The notes under the pieces were generated by a model. That model saw only the letters and a list, made by a program, of their open reading frames with translations, had not been told where the DNA came from and did no database searches. This document shows, in pieces, positions 17,275-26,460 of a stretch of DNA of 64,000 bases (positions are counted from its first letter, which is position 1; each line of letters begins with the position of its first letter). The stretch spans positions 20,067 through 84,066 of the forward strand of contig JABGQM010000013.1 in NCBI GenBank assembly GCA_018648805.1, read 5' to 3'. The stretch comes from Verrucomicrobiota bacterium (lineage in GTDB: Bacteria; Verrucomicrobiota; Kiritimatiellia; UBA8416; JABMPJ01). The position numbers and the translations under genes were made by a program.

Positions 17275-20153
17275 CACCTCTCCTCGTGTGCCAAACGCCA
17301 TGCATTCAACTGCTCATGAAACTGCTTGTAGATACTCAAGTGCTCCTCGCGTGCGGGCTGCTGGGAGCGCCGCCGCGTTTGCGCCGCCTCATCCTTGCGA
17401 CCCAGCGCCTCCAGAATGATCGCCTTGATCGCCCATAGCTCGGTCAGAATGTCATCCGGCTCCTTCACGGTCACCGTTGCCGCGTCCTTGCGCCAATGCT
17501 CGATCCCCTTACTCCGCCGGCCCCGATAGTAGCGCAATTTACGCGCATCAATCGCCTTATCGATGCACTCCAGCGCCCCGTCCCAATCCTTGAGTGCCAT
17601 CTGGGCCAGCGCGCCACCATGATGCCGCGGGGCACGCCACCCGTAACGCTCCGGTAGAAATGGAAGGAAGGGACCCGCAAAGGTGCGTGCCGCCAGCGTG
17701 TAGTCGCCCGCCGTCAACGCACGGTACGCCAGCTGGATATCACTGATCTCGATGTGGACCTTCATGGCCAGCGTAACGGCAAAGGGGAAACCGAACTCCG
17801 ACTTGTAGACGAGCCCTGAGCAATGCCAGGCAACGGTTCCGTCGCGGCGCAACAGGAAGACATTGGGCAGGCGATCGGCCGACAGAATCCCCAACTGCTG
17901 CACCATCGGATTATCCAACCCACCGGGAACCATGGCGGCAGCGCAGCTCCATTCGTTCGTCTTCATCAGCCGCTCGACCCGCTGCGCATCGTCGGTCAAA
18001 AAGGCCAGGCGTACATCGACCTCTTTGTTCACATGCTGATCGGCCAAGCTCAATGCACTGCTCACCACGCCCCTGACGTAATCACGCAATTGAAAAACAT
18101 ATTTGGGCACGAAGCCCTTCTTGCCCTGCACCACCGCGAAATCTGCTTCAGACTCGGGGGGCGGCTCGATAAAGAGCAGCAGCGTCAGACGGCCCTCTGT
18201 GTCATCCGGCAGGGAGAGAGCGCTGCCATCGAGATTCTTGAGTTCACACTTCGGGAAGGGCACCGCGTTGGTATTCCATCCGTGATTGACGATATGAGCA
18301 CGGCTCCATCCCATGCGGTCGCCACGCGTGCTGTTGGGCTTCAGCAGGTAGAAACGGTGGTAGCGGTTGAGGAGAAATGAGCGCACGCCCCACATGGGAT
18401 GTGCGCTGTCGGCCAGCAATGCCAGCGTCCGGGTGCGGTACTCCTCATGCAGCTCCCGGCTATTGGCTTCCAGCGCCAGAATCGCTGCGGCGGCCAGTGC
18501 CGATGCCGGTGCCGCATCGCCCCCCGATGCCTCGACCAGCTGTCGGATTTCTCGTTCGGCATGGGGACCTTCTTCGCGAAAAGAAGCCTTGGCCAGACAG
18601 AAGCGCGCCACCACGCCCTCGGCCGGCGATACCTTTGCCGCCAACACGGTGTTCGCCTCCTGCACCGCCTGCTCCAAATGCGCGGGGTCACAAGCCAGAT
18701 TCCACATTCCCAGCAGGGCAATGATTCGCCGGTTGCGTACCAGCCACAGTTCCGGCGCGTTGGCGTGTTGCTTGATGGCCTCACCGCACAGCTTCTCAGC
18801 CCTCTGGTAGTTCGCCATCGCCTCTTCGCGCGTCAGTCTGTAACGGAACGGTGGCGGAGTGAAGCACGCTTGGATAGCGCGGAGTATCTCATTGGGCTCC
18901 GCTCCTGCTGGCCTCGCGCTCGGCGAGCGCGGGCTACTTTGGAGCCCGCTTCCCTGTAGCCCGCTCTCGCCGAGAGCGAGGCTCTCTGAGGGCGCATTCG
19001 GTGCCACCGGATCGGCCACCAGGAAATCCCCAATAAACAACGACTGCAGCTGAGCCAAGTAGCGGTCGTGCGACAGGCGTGCCTCGCTGATCTTGAAAAT
19101 TCCGCCGTCAAGACTCATCACCCCCACGTTCGAATCCGGGTTGACCCCGAACGGATTCAGCACCGTGTAGCCGAAGGCGTTGACGAACAGGGCGTTGGGG
19201 TTGGCACCGCCATAGGCTTGATAGGCCACATTCCGTTCACCCTCCGGCAAATGCATGGCGTGCCAGTCCAGTCCCATCTTGCGCAGCACCTTTTCGCCGG
19301 CATCAGGTAGCTCATCGAGATTGAAGCTGTAGACTTCAAAGGCCCCCGGGAAGAGCTCCTGCTGCTCTTTAACCTGCTGCATGAAGCGCTCAATACCAGA
19401 GCTCTCCTGCGACCAGTAGACCAGCAGGCACTGATGCCCGATGCGGTCACCCGGAATGTAGAGGGTGGTGCCATCGGAACGCTGATAGCTCCCTTTGCAT
19501 TTCACGGCCAGCGACTTCAGACTCAGCACGTTACGGCGAAATGCGATGACTTCAGGATTGCCTGCGCAGCGCTCGTCCATGGATCGCTCTATGAAGTAAT
19601 CCAACTCGCCTGAGTCAAGGTCCTTCGCGATCGTCGCCCCGATCATCAGGCTCTTGGGCTCCGCCGACGTGCCGCGGTAGCGTATGATCAATGCTTCCAG
19701 AGCCTCTGCCCGCTCCTCAAGCGAGGCGTCACTATTGGACTGATCCCGCTCCGACAGCAGCAGGTCGGCTTCGAGCCTGACGCCTGCCCATTCATCCGGC
19801 GCCTGCATCAACTGAGTGCAAATATCATACAGGACCTCCCGGTTACGGTCGGTTCTCTCCAGCGTCAGCACCACCTTCTGGTTCTGGAGCATCATGCCTA
19901 ACAGCTGAAACCGTTTGGGGTCGTCGGGGTGGCTTTCAAGAAGCTTGTCTCCCCCACGGACCACACGCTTGCAGGCCCGTCGCTGCTCGGCAGAACCCGG
20001 CTTGCCTGCTCTGGCCTTCTGACTCGCCGCTTGCAGGGCGGCCATCTCAGCAGCGGGAACGGGAGCGGCACCGAACGCAGCAGGCAGCAGCGCCAGCAGC
20101 AGCGCCAGCAGACAGGCGCCCCGTATCAAAACATCCATGGCCCGAGTCAGCAT
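17274..20153 (-). CDS. Secreted protein A: N-terminal helical region plus two TlpA/thioredoxin-like domains lacking CxxC (paralog of 22350..25346); carries an in-frame REP element
   Basis: Signal peptide MLTRAMDVLIRGACLLALLLALLPAAFGAAPVPA. TlpA-like fold pattern ELKNLDGSALSLPDDTEGRLTLLLFIEPPPE...LPNVFLLRRDGTVAWHCSG, with IEPPPE in place of WCxxC. 959 aa. Confidence 0.55.
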   Translation of the reverse strand: MLTRAMDVLIRGACLLALLLALLPAAFGAAPVPAAEMAALQAASQKARAGKPGSAEQRRACKRVVRGGDKLLESHPDDPKRFQLLGMMLQNQKVVLTLERTDRNREVLYDICTQLMQAPDEWAGVRLEADLLLSERDQSNSDASLEERAEALEALIIRYRGTSAEPKSLMIGATIAKDLDSGELDYFIERSMDERCAGNPEVIAFRRNVLSLKSLAVKCKGSYQRSDGTTLYIPGDRIGHQCLLVYWSQESSGIERFMQQVKEQQELFPGAFEVYSFNLDELPDAGEKVLRKMGLDWHAMHLPEGERNVAYQAYGGANPNALFVNAFGYTVLNPFGVNPDSNVGVMSLDGGIFKISEARLSHDRYLAQLQSLFIGDFLVADPVAPNAPSESLALGESGLQGSGLQSSPRSPSARPAGAEPNEILRAIQACFTPPPFRYRLTREEAMANYQRAEKLCGEAIKQHANAPELWLVRNRRIIALLGMWNLACDPAHLEQAVQEANTVLAAKVSPAEGVVARFCLAKASFREEGPHAEREIRQLVEASGGDAAPASALAAAAILALEANSRELHEEYRTRTLALLADSAHPMWGVRSFLLNRYHRFYLLKPNSTRGDRMGWSRAHIVNHGWNTNAVPFPKCELKNLDGSALSLPDDTEGRLTLLLFIEPPPESEADFAVVQGKKGFVPKYVFQLRDYVRGVVSSALSLADQHVNKEVDVRLAFLTDDAQRVERLMKTNEWSCAAAMVPGGLDNPMVQQLGILSADRLPNVFLLRRDGTVAWHCSGLVYKSEFGFPFAVTLAMKVHIEISDIQLAYRALTAGDYTLAARTFAGPFLPFLPERYGWRAPRHHGGALAQMALKDWDGALECIDKAIDARKLRYYRGRRSKGIEHWRKDAATVTVKEPDDILTELWAIKAIILEALGRKDEAAQTRRRSQQPAREEHLSIYKQFHEQLNAWRLAHEER
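18910..18982. repeat. REP-like element copy inside the protein A coding frame
   Basis: ggcctcgcgctcggcgagcgcgggctac...gtagcccgctctcgccgagagcgaggc is translated in-frame as ESLALGESGLQGSGLQSSPRSPSARP. Confidence 0.85.
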
Positions 20154-20259
20154 GTATTCCTCTTTGCGAGCGGGAGAGATCAGGTAATGAGATTAAGTAA
20201 CAGGATTAAGAAAGACGAGCCTCATACTTCATCTCGTTACATAATCTTCTATGTGGGCT

Positions 20260-22203
20260 CTACTCCACTGGTGTCAGCGTGAAGTCTCTTACGGTGAGGC
20301 CTTTGTTGGGGGCCTTGCAAGTGAACTGGAGTTTGTTCCTGCCGGCTTTCAGATCCATGGTGACCGGCTTGGTGTCCACCCAGTCGCCCATGGAGAGCGG
20401 GATCTCGATCTCATACATGTTGCGGCGGTTGACCCGCATCAGGAAAATGCGGTCTATGGTTACCGACACAATCTGGGCCGAGAAGGCATACTTGCCGGCC
20501 TCGGGCAGCTCCAGCGTGTATGAAAGCAACTCGGGGCGGATGCCCCCCAGGCTGTAGTGCGCTTGAACGAACGAGTCGTCGAAGCTCTTCATGAAGCGGA
20601 TCTTCTCGGTGCTGGACTCCTTTGAACAGGCGGCTACGGGCACCGTGATGACCCCATTGGCATCGGTGGTGATGGTGGTGTCCGCTTCGGTCAGCTCAAT
20701 TTGCGGGACGTCTGGTGCCTCGGGAACCGCATCGGCCTCAGGAGCCCACCCGGTCTTGTCCGACACAGCCGCCTCATTGGACTCGGCAAACTCGGCCCCG
20801 GTCATCGCCTGCTCTTTCAGATCCTCTGCTTCAACGACAGCCAGTTTCTTGTAGAAGGCCAGCGCTTTCCAGAACCCGCCGCCAACGCCAAAGCTCATGC
20901 GATTAACGCCGCCTTCTCCGAACGCATCACCCAACCAGTTGGCGCGGTGCACCTGCCTATACGCATCTGTGATCGGGCGCACTCTGGATTCCAGTTCGAA
21001 GTCGAGACCACACTGTCCGCGGAAGCGATTAAAGGTCCAGTGTGCGCCAAAGACGGTCGTCCACCCGTCCGGTGTCCAGTGGCTCATGGCCGCATGTCCC
21101 GTCTGAGGAGCGGGTCGGGACGGAATACCAAACGCGTGCGTCGCCATCCGGCCCGTAAAGGCACGGGGGCCACAGATCCCGCCCACAAGAAAGTAGCTCT
21201 GCATAGCAGACAGGTTGTGGGCCTCGCGACCGGCAGCACGCGCGCCGCCAGCGTTTGATGTATAGGGAACATCGCTCTTGGTGATGCGACAGTACCGCCA
21301 CCTATAGTCTTCCTTGCGCATGTGGTCGGGGCGATAGTTGCGCATCATCTTGCGCATCCAAACGGCATCCTCAAGCGGGCGAAAGGCAAATATGAAGCGG
21401 CAGTCCCAACCCGTCAATGTGCCAAAGGCCGGGTCCAACTCACCACCCGCGTAGGCCTTCTCATAACTCAGATAGAAGTCCACCATGGCCTCGGCGGGCG
21501 TCTTGCCTTCCGGTACGTGGCTACCATCGGGGTGTTCCAGCGAGCTGGCCAGCGCCCACAGGCGAAAGAAACCACCCTGGGCATCCGAGGCGGCATTCTT
21601 GCTGGCCTTCTGGATGGCCTTGTAGTTGCGTATGGCCTGACCGTATTTGGCCTCATAAGCGCCGCCCAGCTCCATCACATCCACGATCAGAGCGTCGTCG
21701 TTGAGCAGCAGATCCACATACCCCTTCTCTGTTTCGCCCTGCTGAGCGAATTCGGCCATCTGCTTAGCGCCATGTGTCAGCAATGCGCACTTTGCCAACT
21801 TAGCGTGCATCTCATCGCCGCTCAGGAAGGGAGTCGCCTCTTCAAGCAAGGCCTCGACAGCAATGATGGCATTGCTCTGCGCTGCCGCGTATGGGGGATA
21901 GCCTCTACAGAAGGTAACCGGCGCCATCTTGAGGTCGTTCGGATTCGGCGCCTTTGGGATCTTTGCAATCTTGCCATGCGCCTCCACAAAAACGCTCTTC
22001 TTCGCCTCGTCGACAGCTGGAGCCGCGGCGGTGATCTCTTTCTTCAGACCTTCAAGCATCTCGGTGTACGATGCCAGCAGCTTCTCCCCTGCGGGGCTAA
22101 GCGGAGTCTTCTCCCCGCGGGCCTGAGTAAAGGATGCGATCACGCAGAAGGCGAGGCAGGCGGCCATGATGAACGTGCCCAGAGATCCACAACTGCTTCC
22201 CAT
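20260..22203 (-). CDS. Secreted transglutaminase-like (Cys-His-Asp) domain protein C with C-terminal beta-sandwich region (paralog of 35628..37772)
   Basis: The probable start is MGSSCGSLGTFIMAACLAFCVIASFTQA (signal peptide); the track ORF start at 22350 would translate a REP element. Core GGICGPRAFTGRMATHAFGIPSRPAPQTGHAAMSHWTPDGW resembles the transglutaminase-like core G.C..FA...GIP.R...G.H.W...P..GW. Shared blocks NYRPDHMRKEDYRWRY, HWTPDGW. Confidence 0.55.
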   Translation of the reverse strand: MGSSCGSLGTFIMAACLAFCVIASFTQARGEKTPLSPAGEKLLASYTEMLEGLKKEITAAAPAVDEAKKSVFVEAHGKIAKIPKAPNPNDLKMAPVTFCRGYPPYAAAQSNAIIAVEALLEEATPFLSGDEMHAKLAKCALLTHGAKQMAEFAQQGETEKGYVDLLLNDDALIVDVMELGGAYEAKYGQAIRNYKAIQKASKNAASDAQGGFFRLWALASSLEHPDGSHVPEGKTPAEAMVDFYLSYEKAYAGGELDPAFGTLTGWDCRFIFAFRPLEDAVWMRKMMRNYRPDHMRKEDYRWRYCRITKSDVPYTSNAGGARAAGREAHNLSAMQSYFLVGGICGPRAFTGRMATHAFGIPSRPAPQTGHAAMSHWTPDGWTTVFGAHWTFNRFRGQCGLDFELESRVRPITDAYRQVHRANWLGDAFGEGGVNRMSFGVGGGFWKALAFYKKLAVVEAEDLKEQAMTGAEFAESNEAAVSDKTGWAPEADAVPEAPDVPQIELTEADTTITTDANGVITVPVAACSKESSTEKIRFMKSFDDSFVQAHYSLGGIRPELLSYTLELPEAGKYAFSAQIVSVTIDRIFLMRVNRRNMYEIEIPLSMGDWVDTKPVTMDLKAGRNKLQFTCKAPNKGLTVRDFTLTPVE

Positions 22204-22322
22204 GTAGCCCGCTCCCCGCGGAGCGGGGTAAACTCGCCGCTTGCCCCGCCTTGACGGGGAGAGCGAGGCCGATGTGCCGATGTCTACGCGTGGCCTCGCG
22301 CTTGGCAAGCGCGGGCTACGTA
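22204..22322. repeat. Composite REP-like element (long-variant arm with nested palindrome plus a second arm) in the B-C spacer, abutting the C start codon
   Basis: gtagcccgctccccgcggagcggggtaaactcgccgcttgccccgccttgacggggagagcgaggcc, a 22-nt spacer, then gcctcgcgcttggcaagcgcgggctac. The long arm matches the 46233..46342 variant. Confidence 0.8.
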
Positions 22323-22349
22323 CAGAACGATTCAACATGCGTAACTTCA

Positions 22350-25346
22350 TTATCTGATCTCCTTTGCAACGATACTCATTCTCTCTTCAAAAACTTCATA
22401 GGGTTCATTGAACCCGCGTATGCGACTGTAGTGGGTCGGATAATGGGTGGGCTTTACAGCGGCCTTGTTGCGAGCGGTTCTCGCTTCGGAACTACGACCC
22501 AGACCATCAAGCGCCTTGGATCGTGTGGTCTGCAGATGCAACATCGTGGTGCACGGATCTTCAGGATCGTGGTTGAACTGCCCTTTCCTGAGATGCCAGG
22601 CGATCGCGCTATCGACATCTTCCAAGGCAGCTTCATACTCCTTCAGGCCCAGATGGGCCAGGGCCCTACCATGGTAGCGCGAGGCCTTCCATTTGCTGGA
22701 GACCTCGTGTTGCGGCAGAATCGGTGTGTCCGCTTCGACCTTCTCGAGATAGGTGCCGGAGAAGAGCTGGACGGCCTTCTCGTACGCCTTTGCCTTCAAG
22801 GCTCGATATCCCGCTTCCGTGTCGACCCCATGGACCTGGGCCTCCCACGCGAGGGCACTGATGTGGGCAAACTTGCCAGACATCTGATAGGGCAGACCAT
22901 TCTTCTTCCAGGCAATGGTGCCATCCCGCCGGACAAGGAAGGAGTTGACATTCCGGTCGGCCGACAGAATCCCCAGCTGATTCACCACCGGGTTGCTCAG
23001 CCCCCCCGGGAGAATCGTGACCAGCCCCGGAAGGCCATACTTGTCGCGAATGGCCTTCACCATAGCGACATCATCGCTCAGGAAAACGGTCACGCACTGA
23101 AGACCGTTGTTATGCCTTCTGGCAAACCCGTAGGCACTGCCGAGAATACCGCCGGGCTGCGGGTTTTTGTTCTTCTTGGTCGCTTCGCCGGGCGGGGCGT
23201 AGATCGCGCGGGCCAGTTCATTGCTGCCATCGGAAGACGGTTCAACGAACAGCAACAGAGTCAACCGCTCACGCTTCGTGTCGGGGAGCGACACCGTCTT
23301 GCCATCCAGGTTCTTCAAATGAATCTCTGGAAGCGGCAGCGTCACCGGGGTGAGACCCACATCAATCATGTGGCGGCGTTCCGTGAATCGGTACTCGCGG
23401 GAGTAGAGATAGAAAATCGGGTTGCCGCGAAAGAGGTAGTACTGGTGGTAGCGGTCGCGCAGGAAGGCAACGAACGGGGCGATATCCTGCGACTGCGCGT
23501 CCGACACCAGAATCATGTCGCGGCACTGATGGTAAAGCTCCCGTGAGTCGGCATGGATAGCGAGGATGACCGCCGCGGCGTGTGTCTTCAGGCCCGCCTT
23601 CTCTCCGCCGCAATCCGCAACAAACCCCTCTACGATCACTTTCGCGCTGGCGTCCCCTTGGCGCAGCGCCGCTTTGGCCAGACAGAAGCGGGCGACCACC
23701 CCTGCCCCATCAGGGAGATCCAAACCAACCGTCGTGCGCGCCTCCTTGACGGCGTCCGGGAAATGCGTGGGCGATCCGCTGATGTTGGCCATCCCCATCA
23801 GTGCAATGATGCGATAGTTGCGCACCCGCCACAGATCCGACGCTTTGGGAGTGGCCGCAATCGCCTTGACGCAGAGGTCGTTCGCCTTCTTGTATTGGGC
23901 CAGTGCTTCGGCCTTGGTTAGGCGGTAGCGCTGTGGGATGGGCAGGAAGCAGGCGCGGATCGCCTTGAGCGTGTCAGCAGGCACGGCTACTGCCGGCCTC
24001 GCGCTCGGCGAGCGCGGGCTACTTTGGAGCCCGCCTCCCTGTAGCCCGCTCTCGCCGAGAGCGAGGCTCTCTGAGGGTGAATCAGCCACGAGCAGATCGC
24101 CGATCAGCAGCGACTGGATCTGGCTCAAGTGCCGGTCGTATTCGCCATAGCTGGCAACGTGACCGGTGGGCACCAGTCGCGGATAGGCAAACTCGTCATA
24201 CACGCTGGAGTGGGCGAATTCCTTGGCCTCTTCTGCGTTCTTGAAGTGGATCGCCATGCTGGGCGGCACAATGGCGTGGCCGAAGTGGTTGACCCGCAGC
24301 GCCGCGGGCATATGCAGCGCATAGGTGCGGAAGGTCTCGCTCTGCACACCGCCCGCCAACCGTAGCACGGTGCACGCTAGCCCAACCGACTTGATAATGG
24401 ACGCCCCAGCATCGGGCAGCTCGTCGACATTGAAGCTGTAGAGCTCCAACAGCCCCGGCGCCTCATCCTGCTGCTGCTTGAGCTGCTTGAGTTTCGCCAG
24501 CGAGGCCTCCGAATCCTTCGACCAGAAGACCGCATAGTAGGCGTGTCCCAGACGGTCATAGGGAAAAGTCATGGTACTGCCATCGAGGCGCTCGAACCTA
24601 CCGGAAAAGACAATATCCATCCGGGTGGCGCCGATCAGCGTACGCCGATAGTTGATGGCAGTCGGGTTTTCGGCGAACCGTTCGCTCAGGTCTGTGACCA
24701 GCTGTTCCTTGAAATCATAGTCACCCAGCTGGGTTGCGAGGCGCACGGCCGCCATCAGAAACTCAAGTTCGCCCGCTGTATCGCGGTAGCGCAGCCGCAT
24801 CTCTGACAGCGCCTTGATGCGCTCCGCCGCATCGGCGTCGCGCGCCGAAAGATCCCGCTCGGAGAGCATCAGCTCGGCATTGAGCCGATAGCTGCTGTAT
24901 GCATCGGGGGCCTCTCTCAACGCCTTGCAGGTCGCAAAGAAGGCCTCCCGGTTGCGTTCGGTGTTCTCCATCTGAAGCAGGCGCTGCTGCGCCTTCAGTT
25001 GGAGCGCGAGCACAGGAAACCGATTGGCCGCATCCGGCTGGGCCCGCACCAGAGCCTGCGCATCGCGGATCACGCCCTTGCACATGCGGCGCTTGGTGGA
25101 GGACGAGGCGCGGGAGGTCGCAAGGGCGGCGAGCTCGGCCTGGAGTGGGTCGAGGGACGCTTCGGGGATGAGCGCGGGCGATTGTGCCGCTGCCGGCAGC
25201 ACAGCAAGCATTAGCGAGAAGCCCAGGAGGAGAGAGCCGAGAGCTCTCGATAGAGCGTTGATTGCTGTCGATTGCTGCCGACTGCTGCCGACAGCTGTCG
25301 ATTCTAGACTCTCCCCATTCGGAAATCGACAATCGGAAATCGGCAT
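22350..25346 (-). CDS. Secreted protein B: paralog of protein A (double Cys-less TlpA-like domains), with an in-frame REP element and a 10-bp tandem repeat in its 5' coding end
   Basis: Collinear similarity to A, for example RLTLLLFVEPSSDG and NVNSFLVRRDGTIAWKKNGL. The same REP-encoded block ESLALGESGLQGGGLQSSPRSPSARP sits at the same relative position. The ATG is coupled 5 nt after the upstream gene stop with an AGGTAGAGAA RBS. Confidence 0.55.
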   Translation of the reverse strand: MPISDCRFPNGESLESTAVGSSRQQSTAINALSRALGSLLLGFSLMLAVLPAAAQSPALIPEASLDPLQAELAALATSRASSSTKRRMCKGVIRDAQALVRAQPDAANRFPVLALQLKAQQRLLQMENTERNREAFFATCKALREAPDAYSSYRLNAELMLSERDLSARDADAAERIKALSEMRLRYRDTAGELEFLMAAVRLATQLGDYDFKEQLVTDLSERFAENPTAINYRRTLIGATRMDIVFSGRFERLDGSTMTFPYDRLGHAYYAVFWSKDSEASLAKLKQLKQQQDEAPGLLELYSFNVDELPDAGASIIKSVGLACTVLRLAGGVQSETFRTYALHMPAALRVNHFGHAIVPPSMAIHFKNAEEAKEFAHSSVYDEFAYPRLVPTGHVASYGEYDRHLSQIQSLLIGDLLVADSPSESLALGESGLQGGGLQSSPRSPSARPAVAVPADTLKAIRACFLPIPQRYRLTKAEALAQYKKANDLCVKAIAATPKASDLWRVRNYRIIALMGMANISGSPTHFPDAVKEARTTVGLDLPDGAGVVARFCLAKAALRQGDASAKVIVEGFVADCGGEKAGLKTHAAAVILAIHADSRELYHQCRDMILVSDAQSQDIAPFVAFLRDRYHQYYLFRGNPIFYLYSREYRFTERRHMIDVGLTPVTLPLPEIHLKNLDGKTVSLPDTKRERLTLLLFVEPSSDGSNELARAIYAPPGEATKKNKNPQPGGILGSAYGFARRHNNGLQCVTVFLSDDVAMVKAIRDKYGLPGLVTILPGGLSNPVVNQLGILSADRNVNSFLVRRDGTIAWKKNGLPYQMSGKFAHISALAWEAQVHGVDTEAGYRALKAKAYEKAVQLFSGTYLEKVEADTPILPQHEVSSKWKASRYHGRALAHLGLKEYEAALEDVDSAIAWHLRKGQFNHDPEDPCTTMLHLQTTRSKALDGLGRSSEARTARNKAAVKPTHYPTHYSRIRGFNEPYEVFEERMSIVAKEIR
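23995..24067. repeat. REP-like element copy inside the protein B coding frame
   Basis: ggcctcgcgctcggcgagcgcgggctactttggagcccgcctccctgtagcccgctctcgccgagagcgaggc. Confidence 0.85.
25258..25303. repeat. Imperfect 10-bp tandem repeat (GATTGCTGYC x4) within codons 14-29 of protein B, followed by 2x CGGAAATCG
   Basis: gattgctgtc gattgctgcc gactgctgcc gacagctgtc. The unit length is not a multiple of 3. The same unit recurs at 39111..39142. Confidence 0.7.
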
Positions 25347-25350
25347 TTCT

Positions 25351-26460
25351 CTACCTCTGATAGATGGGAATATACCGATGTGGCGTGCTCAAGATAATGA
25401 TCGCCATCGGCGTGCCGTATTTTTCTTTCTTATGCCAGGAACCGTCGGCGCCTTGCTTGGCAATGAGGGCGTCCCGGATCTGCGGATACCACGCATCATA
25501 CTCTTTGTCGCCTGCCTGAACCATGGCTTGCAGCGCGTAGTAGTGACAATAAAAATAGTGGCCGGCATTGTTGAAGATGTTTTCCTGCTTTTTCAAAAGG
25601 CGAAGCGCCCCGTTGATCACCTCGGTGTCGCGCATCCCGGCCAACTGGCCAGCGTAGGCGATCCCCGCCGTACAGGGAATTGAGGTGCCGCCATTACCGT
25701 TGGGGGCATAGGAGAAGCCGCCGGTCGAACCATCGCGCGCCCCTTTGACGTACTTGCGGAATTTCTCAATGACCTCATTCTCTACCATGACGCCCGCCTG
25801 GCGAGCCGAGGCCAGGGCAATGAAGACCATCGCCGTCACCGATGAGTCCTCGCCCCCATCCGCCTTGGGCTGGTAACGCCAGCCGCCGCCGGGGTTCTGC
25901 GAGCGCTTGATCACTTCGACCGCCTTCTCGACCGCCTTCTGCACGGCGTCATCGTCGTCGCGGTCCTTGGTCATGCCCCAGATCTCGGAAAGCGCCAGTG
26001 TAGCCAAGCCATGTTCGTACATGGTGCTGCCCAGGTAGCCGTCCTTACGGGACTTAGCGTACTTCATCATGAACGCCTTGGCCTTGTCCATTTCCGCGCT
26101 GTACTTGCCGAAACCAGGGAAATGGGCATTGGCCATAAAGGCCATCATCGCCAGCGGGGTAATCGCCATCACGCGGCCACCCTCGCCATTGCTATCCCAG
26201 GAGCCGTCAGCTTTCTGGGTCTGGAGCAGATACTTCAGTCCCCGGTCGATCGCCGCCGAGGCCTCTTCGGTCAACTCAGGCGCGCCATCTGTGGTGGAAG
26301 CCTCGACCGCCGTCCTCCTGATGATGGCGTCGAGCTTGTCGGCAGCGATCGCGGGCTGCAGCGAAGCGCACAGGATACCGGCCAGTAGTAGCCACCGGAC
26401 GCCACCGACCTTTCGCGACCACTCGCCACTCGCCACTCGCCACTCGCCACGTCTCATCAT
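25351..26460 (-). CDS. Prenyltransferase / squalene-hopene-cyclase repeat (alpha-alpha toroid) secreted protein
   Basis: Repeated QxxxGxW blocks: QKADGSWDSNG, QNPGGGWRYQ, AKQGADGSWH. Signal-like VRWLLLAGILCASLQPAIAA. ATGA overlap with the upstream gene stop. Confidence 0.65.
   Translation of the reverse strand: MMRRGEWRVASGEWSRKVGGVRWLLLAGILCASLQPAIAADKLDAIIRRTAVEASTTDGAPELTEEASAAIDRGLKYLLQTQKADGSWDSNGEGGRVMAITPLAMMAFMANAHFPGFGKYSAEMDKAKAFMMKYAKSRKDGYLGSTMYEHGLATLALSEIWGMTKDRDDDDAVQKAVEKAVEVIKRSQNPGGGWRYQPKADGGEDSSVTAMVFIALASARQAGVMVENEVIEKFRKYVKGARDGSTGGFSYAPNGNGGTSIPCTAGIAYAGQLAGMRDTEVINGALRLLKKQENIFNNAGHYFYCHYYALQAMVQAGDKEYDAWYPQIRDALIAKQGADGSWHKKEKYGTPMAIIILSTPHRYIPIYQR
26421..26448. repeat. 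Perfect 7-bp tandem repeat (ACTCGCC x4) in the first codons of the prenyltransferase-repeat gene
   Basis: actcgcc actcgcc actcgcc actcgcc, translated as GEWRVASGEW. The unit length is not a multiple of 3. Confidence 0.8.

Noticed and set aside
22350-22350. Track start of protein C at 22350 (1-nt TGATG coupling to protein B)
   Set aside because: That N-terminus would translate the REP element ahead of a signal peptide. The internal ATG at 22203 followed by MGSSCGSLGTFIMAACLAFCVIA is the plausible start, leaving the REP in the spacer.
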